From assembly GCA_965644295.1 (NCBI GenBank), contig CBFFRP010000019.1, positions 224,170 to 288,169 on the forward strand: DNA of 64,000 bases, given 5' to 3'. The notes below the pieces were generated by a model. It worked only from the letters and a program-made list of their open reading frames with translations. It ran no database searches and was not told the origin of the DNA. This document shows, one piece after another, positions 50,230 through 62,121 of the stretch; positions within the stretch are counted from its first letter, which is position 1, and each line of letters starts with the position of its first letter. A program made the translations under genes and the position numbers. Source of the stretch: Paraphysomonas bandaiensis (Eukaryota > Protista > Chrysophyceae).

Positions 50230-51054
50230 CAACTTTATGCAATGAAAATGTTGGCCTTTTTTTTCTTTATCCTTTTTTCTTTATTGGCCTAAAAACAGGG
50301 GTTTTATGCCCTTCTGAAAGCAATGCAATCATCGAAGTCATTTATTAGGGTGGGAAGTGAAGGTAGAAGCGCTATCACTTATAGCGTATGAAAATCTCGA
50401 GATGTCCTTCAGATTCGTAGTGTTATATCGACAGATTCGTTGGCTCTTCTTCACCATAACACTCACATATCACTAGGGGCCCATCCCTTGATACTTGATA
50501 GTATTGAACTACAACCAACTTCTACGTGCGTACTTGAAGTTTGGTAAAGCCTATCGCTAGTAGCTATCCTGTATTCTATGTAGCAATGAAATACAGAATA
50601 TACATGACTACACTACAACAACTTAAGCTTGTAAGAGTGCAGTATTGACTGATTTATGATTACAGATATGTAGTGAAATGATTGACGTTGTAGGAACTAC
50701 GTCAATCACCAACATCAACATTCTGTTCTACAAATCGTATCTTTAACATCTACTGTATTTTCAGTTTCTTTGTATACTTGTAATAGATACTCCTATAGTG
50801 TAGTGTAGTATATTCTGTATTTCATTGCTACAGAGAATACAGGATAGCTACTAGCTTTACCAAACACCAAACTAGAAGTTGGTTGTAGTTCAATAATATG
50901 TTGTGTGGTGTGAGATGGTATCTTAGACAGTCAGAATGCCTAATCAATGGATATAAGAACGACTTGGTGTCATACCAAAAGGGACTATGGCGAGTCATTT
51001 ATTCCTTTGACTAAGTTATTCCACCAAATTGACTACGTGGAATAATATGTCCCG
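50230..51054. mobile_element. Degenerate GACTAGG-family hAT-like element (same family as 1-929)
   Basis: Shared blocks GCAATCATCGAAGTCATT and GAGATGGTATCTTAGACAGTCA..ATCAATGGATATAAGAACGAC; end AATAATATGTCCC. Confidence 0.6.
50504..50893. mobile_element. MITE with ~100-bp imperfect TIRs and TA flanks (Tc1/mariner-type), nested
   Basis: TTGAACTACAACCAACTTCTA...TAGAAGTTGGTTGTAGTTCAA flanked by TA; inner arms TAGCTATCCTGTATTCT / AGAATACAGGATAGCTA. Confidence 0.75.
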
Positions 51055-51311
51055 CTAAGTTTACATGGAAAGCATTAGCCATGTCGAATTGTATTGCAGT
51101 AGATATACTACTATGAGATACTAAGTCAAGTATTGGGAAGCAAGAGATAACACGCAATATACCAATTCAAATTACAAGTGTTTAATATAATGTTAATCTG
51201 TATATGATGCAGAGAAAAACCATACTCTTTAGTCAGAGAGAAAGCATACATCATGCAGACAAAATGATAGCATATATTTCTCATTTAAGAGTCGTGAAAA
51301 CACGTAATAAC

Positions 51312-53762
51312 TCACATGTCCTTTTTCCCTCCGGTGTTACGCTTTTCTCTTATAGCACTAACTTTTTCGTCATACACTGACATAATCACAGCCAGTACCA
51401 TATTGAATAAAATAAACATGACAATGACTATATATGACCAGAAAAAGAAAAGCGTCTCTGCCGGATAGTGATTTCTCACTGCAGAATATATTAATATCTA
51501 CCATAGGCAACAAACGAATAATACTTACTTTCATAAAATAACCCAACCTCCCCCAAAACGAAAAGAAAAAGTGTATTCAGAGACTTACTGAGTGTGGACC
51601 ACTCTGGCATCAGCGAACCATATAACGCTTGTCCGATTATGCCATAGGCGATCATCACTGTAAGAAAAACTCCTAGTACTGGCAAAAGCGATGCAACTGA
51701 ATGCTGCACAGTAGCAGTCACAATAGACAACCGCGGATCAAAGGATATATAGCGAAAAAACTGCGCAACTCCAACTACAATTCCGAGAGTAGCACAAGCA
51801 TGAAAAGCCTCATTGCTGGATTCAACCTCATAAAACAAGTCAACAATTCTTGCAAGACTGTTGTCATATTCTGCTGACTCAAGATTTAGCGATGATACAA
51901 AATTATGAAGATCGCGCGCTTGTGTGACAAACGTAACGCGGTAGGCAATGGCAGCTGCTACAACGACTATAGTTACTACGTCGAGGATGGTATATATAGG
52001 CAGTGTATCAGGCACGACCACATTATCAAACAAATCTTCTTCTTTTGTAAAATAACTCACAGTCCTTTGCAATATCCCCTTATTTTCATCGGTGATCTTC
52101 GCTAATGGTGGGGCCGTCTCAGACTGATTAGGCAACGAATCCTGTGCTTCCACATCATTCGATTCAGAACCCTCTACTTCGCGGGCAGCGCTATCTAAAC
52201 GGCTTTCATTCGCCGGTACCACTGCTGGGGCTATTTCAGGTGAAATCTGATCCTGTTTTACCAAACCCATTTTAAGCGCAGATACCCCACTAGAATATAA
52301 ATGATAAAACTCACGAATACAAAACAAACCGAAGAGAACTGCAAAAAGTATTTCAAAAACAAGTGTTAAGTAGAATGGGCTTGTGTAGCCATCAAAACCA
52401 TATATGAAGTGAACAATGGGAGCATTTGACACAGTAAAATCCACAGATATTTTACCAGACACATCGAAAGTAAATGTGACACGTGACGCTGTATAGAACA
52501 GGTCATTAGCCCCAAGATTTCTCGACACGGCATATATCTCTAGCTTCCGAGTGTTGTCATCAAGGACTTCGAACGCCTTCAGACGATTCAATTCAACATG
52601 AGAATCTTCCACCCAATCCATTTCGTTGGAGCATGAGAAAAAGGTTCCCCATTCATGCCATTTGTTTTTTCTGCCTAAGCGAATCGGGATTAGATCATTT
52701 TCAAGTTCAAAGCTGTTTGATAGCTCGGAAGATGATAACTTCAAAACTTCGGTACAACGAGAATAATACGGCACAAGAGATACATCCGAGACATTATATT
52801 TCATCGCAAAATATGACATTAGTGGAGAAGGAGTATTCATAAATTGGAAACAGAACGAAAAAAAATCAACACTCCGCTGAAGGAATACATCTCTTGTTTC
52901 GCTGCTAGCAACATCATCTAATGAATATAGCTCGTGTCCTGCCTGTAGTACTACCTCTCCTTCAGGGCTAATACTGTGGGTATAGCACGGCAAAACCTCC
53001 TTCGAATTTACTGTAGCTGTGCTATCCTTATCGAAAGCAATAATACCCCCAACAACTCTACCACTCCAGAGCAAAGTAGCCCCTGCGTCTCCAATGAAAC
53101 CATCTTCAAGTACACACTCCCCCCACGACGAATTGGCAAGCTTTATAAATTTATCATCTCTTCTAGAGCGAATGCGGCGCTGTCCTCTCTTGACTGATAT
53201 ATCAACATTGTGACCTTCGTGCTTGCCTGAACTGTGGTAAGGTGATCGTGTAAAAAATACCCCGAAAGAAAGAAGCTGATTGTTACCACTCAACACAACT
53301 TCGCTTTCATCATCAATAAAGTAACCCATATCAAATTGGCATGGATAACTTGGAGTAGAAGGGTCCACAATTGTTACTGTCGTATTTTCTATGGTAACAG
53401 TCTGCATTGCTGGAGAATCATACTCGCAAAGTGAGAGTATTCTTCTCATACTTCTACCTCCAATCCTTAGTACAATTTTGTTTAGCATTATTTATAATAT
53501 AGTCATCAAACAACTACCTTGTGGCCAAACTATCTATCCAATCCCAGACATCAGCAACGCTTTCAGCATTGGCAGCAGTGTCTACATCAAGTGCCCTTCG
53601 AGTAGCTGTATTTGATGCCGTATATCTCCCAGAGTCCATTTGTAACGATATTGTTGTTAAGTACACACCGAACACAAACAACATGACGGTTGCAGATAAT
53701 ATGTTATACAATATACGCTTCTTACGAAGAGCCGAAGACATGTCCCGAAAAGATGTAAGCAT
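51312..53762 (-). CDS. Polycystin-2/TRPP-like cation channel (3 exons)
   Basis: TM1, large extracellular loop, ILDVVTIV, FFRYISFDPRLSIVTATV, FLTVMIAYGIIGQALYG..WSTL..SLNTLF, FNMVLAVIMSVY. Confidence 0.85.
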
Positions 53763-54149
53763 GACGATATTCCTAACTGATATATTAGGTTCAATAGAAC
53801 GTCATCTTGTACTACTCTTGATTACTGCAATGGTAATGAGATATATAGATATATATACATGGTAGAGCAGTGCAGTTAAACCCGACTACATAACGGATCA
53901 GTTATAATGACCCAGATATTTCTCAGGAATTTGTGAAATATGCCAACATTTTCTTCTAAAATCCTGCTATTTTATATTTCCTTATATCCACTACTTAAAA
54001 ACCAGTCCAGTGGAGTTGTGCGGTGGCAAACAGCACCACATCACCATCAATCCAATCATGCATATTCTAATCTATGCTGATCTCTGCAATACTGTGGGTT
54101 GAAAGAACTCATTAAATTATCATGTATTAAATTTATTGTGCTTATAAGA

Positions 54150-55010
54150 ATGCAACAATCCATTTGTGTGAATGATCATAGTTCTATTAATTCATTGGAC
54201 AAGCCCTCCAACTCTAGTGATGAAGAGTATCAGAAAATTGATACCCGAATACAGATTATTGTTATTCAAGATGCGGCTGAGTTAAATGAAACTAAACTAC
54301 GTGTATCTAGCGTTCCACTTTTACAGAAGTTATTGCGAAATTGTCGTGTTTGCGTGATTGGAAGGTCAAAGCGTACTAAACTTGATATAGGTATTGATCT
54401 CACCGATGAGTCAGTTGTCGTGTTGTACCCTAGTTTAGAAGCCAAACCGATATGTGATATTTCCAACAAGCCAATACCTCAAATGAACCCAAGTACTGAA
54501 CCGTTTAGTGACTCATGTAGCCAACATGGAATTAGAACTATAGTAATCTTGGACGGTTCATGGGTTGCAGTGCAAAATATTTTGTACCGATTTCCTTCCC
54601 TTCAACCACATCGACTCCGCCATGTTTTCTTGCCTGCATCATGTACTTCTGAGTCTGCCTACGAATTGTATGGCTTACGTAAAGAACCTCATAAACATTT
54701 TCTTTCCACAGCTGAGGCCATTGCTTGGAGTCTTATGCTACTAAATGATTCAGAGCGGGCCTTTCATGCGATCATGACAGAATTTGACAAGTTTGTGAGA
54801 ACGAAGCTGTCAGACACACATAGCAAAATTAACGAAGAACTATTGACAACTGACATATCTTCCCGAATCCATGCTCCATGGACGCATGTGTATGATTCAA
54901 CTTTCGCAGCAGGATCAGATGAGATACGGCTTCCTTCCCGCGGGAAACCAGAAAAAAAGAAAGTATCAAAAGCTTGTAAACGTCGTAAGCGTAGAAGTCG
55001 CGGGAATTAG
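54150..55010 (+). CDS. DTW-domain tRNA aminocarboxypropyltransferase-like (DTWD2-like)
   Basis: VLYPS, VILDGSW, LRKEP, LSTAEAIA. Confidence 0.8.
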   Translation: MQQSICVNDHSSINSLDKPSNSSDEEYQKIDTRIQIIVIQDAAELNETKLRVSSVPLLQKLLRNCRVCVIGRSKRTKLDIGIDLTDESVVVLYPSLEAKPICDISNKPIPQMNPSTEPFSDSCSQHGIRTIVILDGSWVAVQNILYRFPSLQPHRLRHVFLPASCTSESAYELYGLRKEPHKHFLSTAEAIAWSLMLLNDSERAFHAIMTEFDKFVRTKLSDTHSKINEELLTTDISSRIHAPWTHVYDSTFAAGSDEIRLPSRGKPEKKKVSKACKRRKRRSRGN

Positions 55011-55451
55011 TTTAGCAGAGAGAATATATAGGTTTTTATCATGTATATATAGTGTTTATAATATATAGTGTTTTTATACACAAGAACGTGTATCTATTGT
55101 TTGTAAAGCTTAACGTATTCCATTTCTCCAACCCAGCGAACAACAATCATGGCTTTCTAGTACTTAGTTGAGCAGTTCGCTTATATTGTTTTCTTAACAG
55201 TCAGTCCGGAGAGAGAGGGTGCCGTTGTGATATCGCCCAATTTTGTGCGAGTTACTAGCACATTGCTCACTCTCTTCAGTTGGCACTGTAAAAATACTAG
55301 GAACAGCCTAGATAGAGACTGGCTTTATCGAAATAAAATACTACCAAACGGTTAAATATATTTCTTACGCAATAAGGTTACATTATACATTTCATCGTTC
55401 ACTATAGGGCACATGACTAACAGTCTACAGACAATAACGATATTTGTGTGT

Positions 55452-55989
55452 TCAATAATCACAGTGACACAGCCCTTCTTCATCAATAGTACATACATAT
55501 CCACTGTCATAGCAATTTCCAAGACTTGACAAGTCGCTGCAAACGTTATTCTCACCCGGTACAGTCGGGCACCGACCGGATTCAACAACACCATCTGTGG
55601 TTGATCCATTATTCATATGGCCTTGGGAATATGCACAGAAAGCATAATCTAAGTTCAAAAATTACTCTACGAGTTAGTAAATAGTACACACGTACTTATC
55701 GTTCCCCACAAACACCAACAGTCAGAATCGTTCTCTTCATTCGGCATCAATAATATATCACACCCGCCAACGCCAGAACCTAACAATCGGTCAGGAAGGT
55801 ATAACTAATGATATTAGTAACTACCTTGAATTTTGACGTTTATTTCTTTTCTATAATTATTAATAACCTGATTCGCACAATCTCATACACGTGAACACTG
55901 TAAGTCGATTATAAGACCTTGATTTGAGTGCCACTATATCCAAAGTGAACCATGTTAAATAGGAATAGAGATAAAAGAAACTGTTTCAT
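55452..55989 (-). CDS. Small secreted cysteine-rich protein (4 exons)
   Basis: Signal peptide MKQFLLSLFLFNMVHFGYS; spliced exons give about 10 Cys (GGCD..DCWCLWG..FCAY..RCP..VC..NCY..VC..LCHCDY). Confidence 0.6.
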
Positions 55990-56931
55990 ATTCATATTGT
56001 ACATGTATAGTCGCCCTGGAATGATTGCTGTATAGTTGAATTTATAGTATAGTATCCATCTCAGATATCGACAGCTGCCTGTACCTCCCTCCCGCCTCAA
56101 TGTCTAGAAAACTACTGTGTTTTAACCCCATACGGCGGTATACCATACTGTTATACGATATCTACAGCGATCTGGATTGTATGAAACCTAAAAAAACTAT
56201 TTTTTGGGGGGGGTCTGCTATATATATCCGGTATTCTAAGACTGTCTCAAGAAATCAGACATATATCACTGAATAGGGACATATATGTTTAAGTTGATAA
56301 ATCTACTATACTTACTAATATATATCTGCGTAAAGTTGTCTTTATGTGATTTCATCGAATATATAGTGCCCCATTCTAGTGTAGCATACTGGCTGTTTGA
56401 TAAAGTAAGCAACAACATGTATAAATATATTTAGAGTGTAATGAAATTTTATTATACAGATATAAAGTTTAAGAGTATTTGCTACCTGGTGAGTTGCAAA
56501 CATGATTTAACATGTTTTAATATTAATCTTAGTTTCACTATTCAGCTCCACACCAGCATATATCATTTAGAGACATGCCAAAGTAACTTAATTTACTTAA
56601 TTTGTACCTAAACTCACTCTCTTCTACTGTGAGTTGCTTGGTTTCACCAATTTCTCACTATTAACTCGCCTCAGTTGAACAATATAGCTAGGCTATATCA
56701 AGCAACAGAACTCAATATGAAAAACCACATTATTTACCACAATCTAATGATTTTGAAATTATATCAATCCGTGAATGGACTTCGTTTTCTACCAAATGTA
56801 AATCATTTCTTAGGGAAAGATAATTAATGGATCGCAAAGATAATATCAAAGGAAAATAGGTGTATTACTCTATGTTATAATTATACAATGTACTGAACAG
56901 TCTTCCTTGGGCGACAACACTATACATAATT

Positions 56932-58070
56932 CTACTCAAACTGTAGGCCAACGCCAAATTTATGCCCGTCAAGTCCGAACTCTTTCGCATCGACCTACAG
57001 AGTTATCAAAACAATACCCATCAAGAATTTTTCTACACAGTGACTTCAATATTGGACGTACCTCAGCACATAACGTGAGCTGCATGACGTCTGTGATTCT
57101 TTGTTTGATTGACGCAGAAACGATTGCATCGGAATCAATACGGCTCTTTACTTCTGTAAAGGCGTCTGGTCTATATATCTCAACGTTAACCATCACAAAA
57201 AGACACAGTATCAATCAGATGTGACTGGGCATTCTACATATATTGCACATAACATAACACATACCTATATATGCCTCCTACCAAAAGGCTCTGGTCGTTG
57301 TATAGTATTCTGTAGTCCACCATTACACCCACATCCACCGTGCGAGATATATTACACAAGTATCCCAGCCGAATATTTCCAAGAAGATTCGTGGTTCTAA
57401 CCGAGGCAGCCCATTCCGAACCAAGCACAGACATCCCCACATTCAAGTCGAGAAGCTCTGGATGCTTTCGTTTGTCTTCAAGGTGCGTGTTGCAGAGGAA
57501 CTCCCCTCCTAATCGCAGGTAAGGAAAACTTAAGAGTGCACATCCCTGCAATGATGGTCCATTGACCACATCCAAGTCCGTTTGGGCGCTAAAGTTCTCC
57601 ACACAGTAATCAAGCCCAAGTTTTCCGAAGGAGTATAATGGCTTCCCCGGCTCTTGTCTGCCGTCTTCAATACATGCTGTCAACTTAAAACTATCAGATA
57701 CTTGAAAGGAGGCCTCTCCAAGGACGCGTCCATCAGTCTACACCACAATCACATACAGCACAGCAACGTATGATTTCAATACCGCACCCGGATGCGCATT
57801 TGCTCTATTGAAAGTCCAGCGGGGTCATTGTATGCGATGGACATGCTCCCCTGTGATCCACGGGAAGACAGGTCCCCATCTACAGACCACTCAACACCTG
57901 CTGCATTTTTTGTCTTTACACTGATTTTCTTTGAGAAAAAGAAGCCATCATTAAGCAGACCTAATTGCATAATGCATTATCATATTACACACATTAGCAG
58001 AGGATAATCTACCAAGCAAAGGTCGCTCTATATCACTGAAAAAGGTGCAAACGCTATCAAGTGAACTCAT
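56932..58070 (-). CDS. VDAC: Mitochondrial porin VDAC-like (multi-exon)
   Basis: FFSDIERP..LLNDGF, alternating beta strands, KSRIDSDAIVS, C-terminal GHKFGVGLQFE. Confidence 0.8.
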
Positions 58071-58452
58071 TATTAGTTTTCACCTATAAGTATATCTATT
58101 TCACGGATAATAAGTACGATGGTAACACTGTTCGCAGTTCATACAGTATCTCTTAACACTGTGACTGAATCCACATAATAATCTTCTAATATGAATAAAA
58201 ACCCACGTATTTTATTTACTACACTGAAATATCACTGACCAGAATGAGTGATATGACAAAAATCCAGGAAATGTGTGTGAAAGCACGTTTTATAGCACTT
58301 GTACGTCGAGATATTGCTGTAGATATACAGCAGTATGTCCGGGTTTGTATATAGTATAATGCAGGCAGATTGTACTGTAGCTAGAAGGAGATCTGAGTGT
58401 TGCCTTATTAGCATCACGAAATCAAGCTCTGTGCAGATTCCATCTAATTAAT

Positions 58453-59739
58453 ATGATAGCCGGATCTGCCCTTGTATTGGTAGTTTTTGCTGCAGTATGC
58501 AGAGGATTATTGGGCGATGCAGTACATGACAATGACTGTACGCTCTATGTCGCCCCCTCCTTTATACCAGGAGCAGTGAGGGGCATCATAGCCGGTGTAG
58601 ATTTTAATATTGATGATACAATTCAAGAATCAACATCAATATTAATACGCACTGATCATATCAGACACTGGCAATTATTCAATTATGTTTTTTCTGCTGA
58701 GGATGAGGATTATTCAATGGCTCTATTTGGTGGGGCAATGCTATTTAACCATCGTGATCCTGCCACTATCGAGCATGTATGGCATCGAGCCCCTGTTAAA
58801 AGTTATGATTTACTGAAAAATGTATATTCTCAACCATACACAGCGTTTACTACTGTGGATTACAATGCAGCAGCAAACATATTGGCCGGAGAAGAAATAT
58901 TCACAAGTTATGGTGATGGGGACGACTGGTTCAGTTCCCGTGGCATTTCATTTGTTCCCTTTGAAAATAGTACAACTTCTCGGTACTCAGCTGAGTATCT
59001 CAAGAAGAATGGGCACTGTCTAACTGACATCTATACAGACCACTCTGACATTCCTTTGGCTGGGAAAGGCGTCTTTGCAAGGAAAGCGTTCAAGAAAGGT
59101 GAAATTGTGTCCATCTCTCCTGCACTGGTTCTCCCTCGCCACAGTGTAGTGAAGGCTAACGACCACTCTGTACTTATCAACTATTGTATATGCTCCCCTG
59201 GTTCTGATGCTGCCATTATGCCGATAGGACTTGCAGGCATGTTTAACCACGGAGGTTCCCGCGCTAACCTTGAGATGGCCTGGTACGAGTGGTCTGATCC
59301 CTCAACATCATCAGAGGAGTCTAGACTCACCTGGGACATAGCACGCTTGGAAAAGCTTCCTTATGCTCCATTGGACATAAAGTACGTTGCAAGTCGCGAT
59401 ATTGCAGTGGGGGAAGAGCTACTCATATCTTACGGAGCGGAATGGGAGCGTGCTTGGCTATCTTATGTTGATGAAGTAATTGCGTGGACGGAAAAGTACG
59501 GAGGGGATGGTATTGTGATGCGACCACAGTTCAGACAACCTATATCAGCCCCGGATGGAATGTTCCCCGAAAATTTCATGTCAGAGTGCATAGGCAGCAC
59601 TGGATGCTATGTCGGGTCACGCTTGGAGAAACGAAAGAAAGTTGCCGCCAGTCGAACCAGCTCAACATTAGAAATGTATAAAAATGCAAAATCATACTCT
59701 TTGGAAAACTTTATTTCTGAAAATAAACCTGAACTCTAG
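58453..59739 (+). CDS. Signal-peptide-bearing tandem SET-domain protein
   Basis: Two SET units: RGIIAG..LFNH..GEEIFTSYG and GKGVFA..MFNH..GEELLISYG. Confidence 0.88.
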   Translation: MIAGSALVLVVFAAVCRGLLGDAVHDNDCTLYVAPSFIPGAVRGIIAGVDFNIDDTIQESTSILIRTDHIRHWQLFNYVFSAEDEDYSMALFGGAMLFNHRDPATIEHVWHRAPVKSYDLLKNVYSQPYTAFTTVDYNAAANILAGEEIFTSYGDGDDWFSSRGISFVPFENSTTSRYSAEYLKKNGHCLTDIYTDHSDIPLAGKGVFARKAFKKGEIVSISPALVLPRHSVVKANDHSVLINYCICSPGSDAAIMPIGLAGMFNHGGSRANLEMAWYEWSDPSTSSEESRLTWDIARLEKLPYAPLDIKYVASRDIAVGEELLISYGAEWERAWLSYVDEVIAWTEKYGGDGIVMRPQFRQPISAPDGMFPENFMSECIGSTGCYVGSRLEKRKKVAASRTSSTLEMYKNAKSYSLENFISENKPEL

Positions 59740-60478
59740 CTATTTTCGACAAGTTAGCCATATCGCAACTTCTGCCATATATGAAGCATAGATTGGGGGA
59801 GGCTTCAATTCTAATTATATAATAATCTAATATACAGTTTCTAAATAATTTATGAGCTCCCATACTCAGTTATATTTGCTCATTCAATTCTATTTAGATG
59901 TTGTCTCTTTGCATTGTATTAAGATTCATTGTCTCACAGGAAAAATTTAATTTTGGCCCTTTTTGGCCCTCGGCCCGCATTTGGCCCTCTACTACAACTA
60001 ACAATAAATTATAACAATAATTCTTAATTAAAAACACACACAACACACACTACAACCACAAGCAACAATAACGCTATTACAACTATCTCTTCTCCCTGAT
60101 TCTTCTAAATTAGAATCATGCACCATTATTAATCGCCTGCTTGATGACAAAATTATTAATGAATTTGTATTAAGTTTTCAAAAAGTCGAAATTAAAAACC
60201 AATCACATTTCTTTTTTCAAAACTCGAAATCTTTAAAAGACAATAACTGAAATAATATAACAAATCAAAATCTTCAGGAGGCAAAAACTGAAAAAAATTA
60301 ATTTTAGAGGGCCCTGGCGGGCCGCAAAAAAACCTTATCGTCTCACATATATCTCTTAACGAGTGAATACAACACATATTATATAAAATGAAATATGCTA
60401 ACGCCTTGTTCAAAAGTGTCTTGCTATCATACTATTAGGCCTCATCCAAGTTTATATCAAGTGTATTATACTAAATAC

Positions 60479-61050
60479 CAGGGCCTGTTAACCGTTATTG
60501 GTAATGGCATAAATGGTAAATGGCCATTAATGGTAATGCCATTCTAATTGCCGGGAACCGGATTACCATTAACTGCTATATATAGTATATAGTATATAGA
60601 ACTGGGTGTTTTAAGATAATATAGTATATCCTATATACTCCGATAAAACTCTAAACAATATTAGACAACAGTGTTCATGCAACTCTACAGGTACTTTGTG
60701 GCAACCTTGTTCGCTATCTTCTGACACCTGAGCGTAGAAACATGAATCCATATCGTCTAGAATCGTTGCTATTCCTACGAGCCAATTACATGATGTGGGA
60801 TGCTTATACTCCATGAACCCTTCAAGAAGATCGAGAAGTAGTTACAATTCGTAGTCTGCAATTTAACTACGAATTAGTAATTAAGGGAGCACAACACTAT
60901 CTGTTATATGATATATGAGAGGTGCTATCTACTTTAAGTTAGTAGCTATTAATGGCCACTATAATTATTGAATGTCTTTTTATTTAGCAATAGGCGTTAA
61001 AAACTCGTTAATGGCCACTATAATTGCCTGGACATTTTTCATTAATGCCA
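60479..61050 (+). mobile_element. Internally deleted, truncated hAT copy of the 41643-44546 family (opposite orientation)
   Basis: CAGGGCCTGTTAACC end; reverse-complement matches to 44270-44420 and 41760-42008. Confidence 0.8.
60967..61007 (-). mobile_element. Extremely 5'-truncated retroelement 3' end
   Basis: 18-bp TSD TTAATGGCCACTATAATT (60949-66/61008-25); same AACGCCTATTGCTAAATAA..AGACATTCA end. Confidence 0.75.
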
Positions 61051-61437
61051 TTACAAATGAACCCCACGGACCGTCGACAACTCCGGCTCCATATGTGCGA
61101 CATGAGCAGAGTCTATCGCCTCACCCTCAGACCCTCAGCCCTTCGCACACAACAACATATCCCTAGTGATGGGTACTGCGCATACAGCACACTCTATCAT
61201 CTGCACATTCTTGCTTCAAGCAGGCGACACACTCGCTCCTGTCTGAAATTAGACCTCAAACAACGCAAGGACCGTCACACGCTTGCATCTTTCATAAATA
61301 CACAGAGCATTATGGGGGGGCGGTTGTGACTTAGTCGAGCAATAGCCGATTGAGGTCACGCTATTTAATATTTATTTATAGGTTCATATTTTATGGACGA
61401 TAAGGAGATCAGGCGTTGGACTGAACATAGGAGGGTG

Positions 61438-61819
61438 TGTTGTCATCCCCGTATAGGAGGTTGGCTGTCATTGGAGTGAAAGCTTGGTTTGATAGTATAC
61501 TGCTGTATATTGCACTATACTGTGGATGTATAGTATACAGGATATATACAGTGTAGACAGCCAGCTACAGTAGGGTAACGGTATACCATTATACGGTGTA
61601 TGATGACAATACGGTGTAGGATATGTACAGTCCAATATGTACAGTGGATTGGTATAGAGTAAGGGCATATATATGTGCCCAAGCAGTGAGCTGTAGGTGT
61701 AGTCTGTGATAGAAGATAGATTAGAATGCTAGTCATTATTATCACAGATAACCTCTGATAAAACAAGTTAATAACACTATCATTACTATCAACTTGTGGC
61801 TTGTTATTGCCTTACAACA
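61438..61819 (+). repeat. Putative 5' LTR (TGTTGT...ACAACA)
   Basis: 6-bp inverted TG..CA termini ~300 bp upstream of gag; second LTR outside window so unverified. Confidence 0.45.
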
Positions 61820-62121
61820 TCCCGTATAACTACAAGTATGATACTGTAAACTGTAGATGATTCACAGCAAGATAGAGTGTTGTATGTTTTCACTTCTTTC
61901 TTTACACGTTTTAACGTAATTTAATTCATTCTATACTCGCGGTTTGCTTGTGTTAGGAGGCAGTTTCACCGGTTTGGTGTTCTGGACAGTGTATTCTCGG
62001 TTTGGGAAGCACTTTAAATTAATAAAACGTTGTAAACACGGTCTTTCTCATCAGAAAGATTACAGTATTAATACTTTAGTCGGATAGAAAGAAACATTGT
62101 TTATTTATATTATTGTCGACT

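Noticed and set aside
5394-59681. Numerous short antisense/overlapping ORFs in the track
   Set aside because: Shadows of real genes on the opposite strand or frame, with no independent motifs
59935-60335. Possible MITE with GGCCC/GGGCC clusters at both ends
   Set aside because: Could not define TIRs or a TSD
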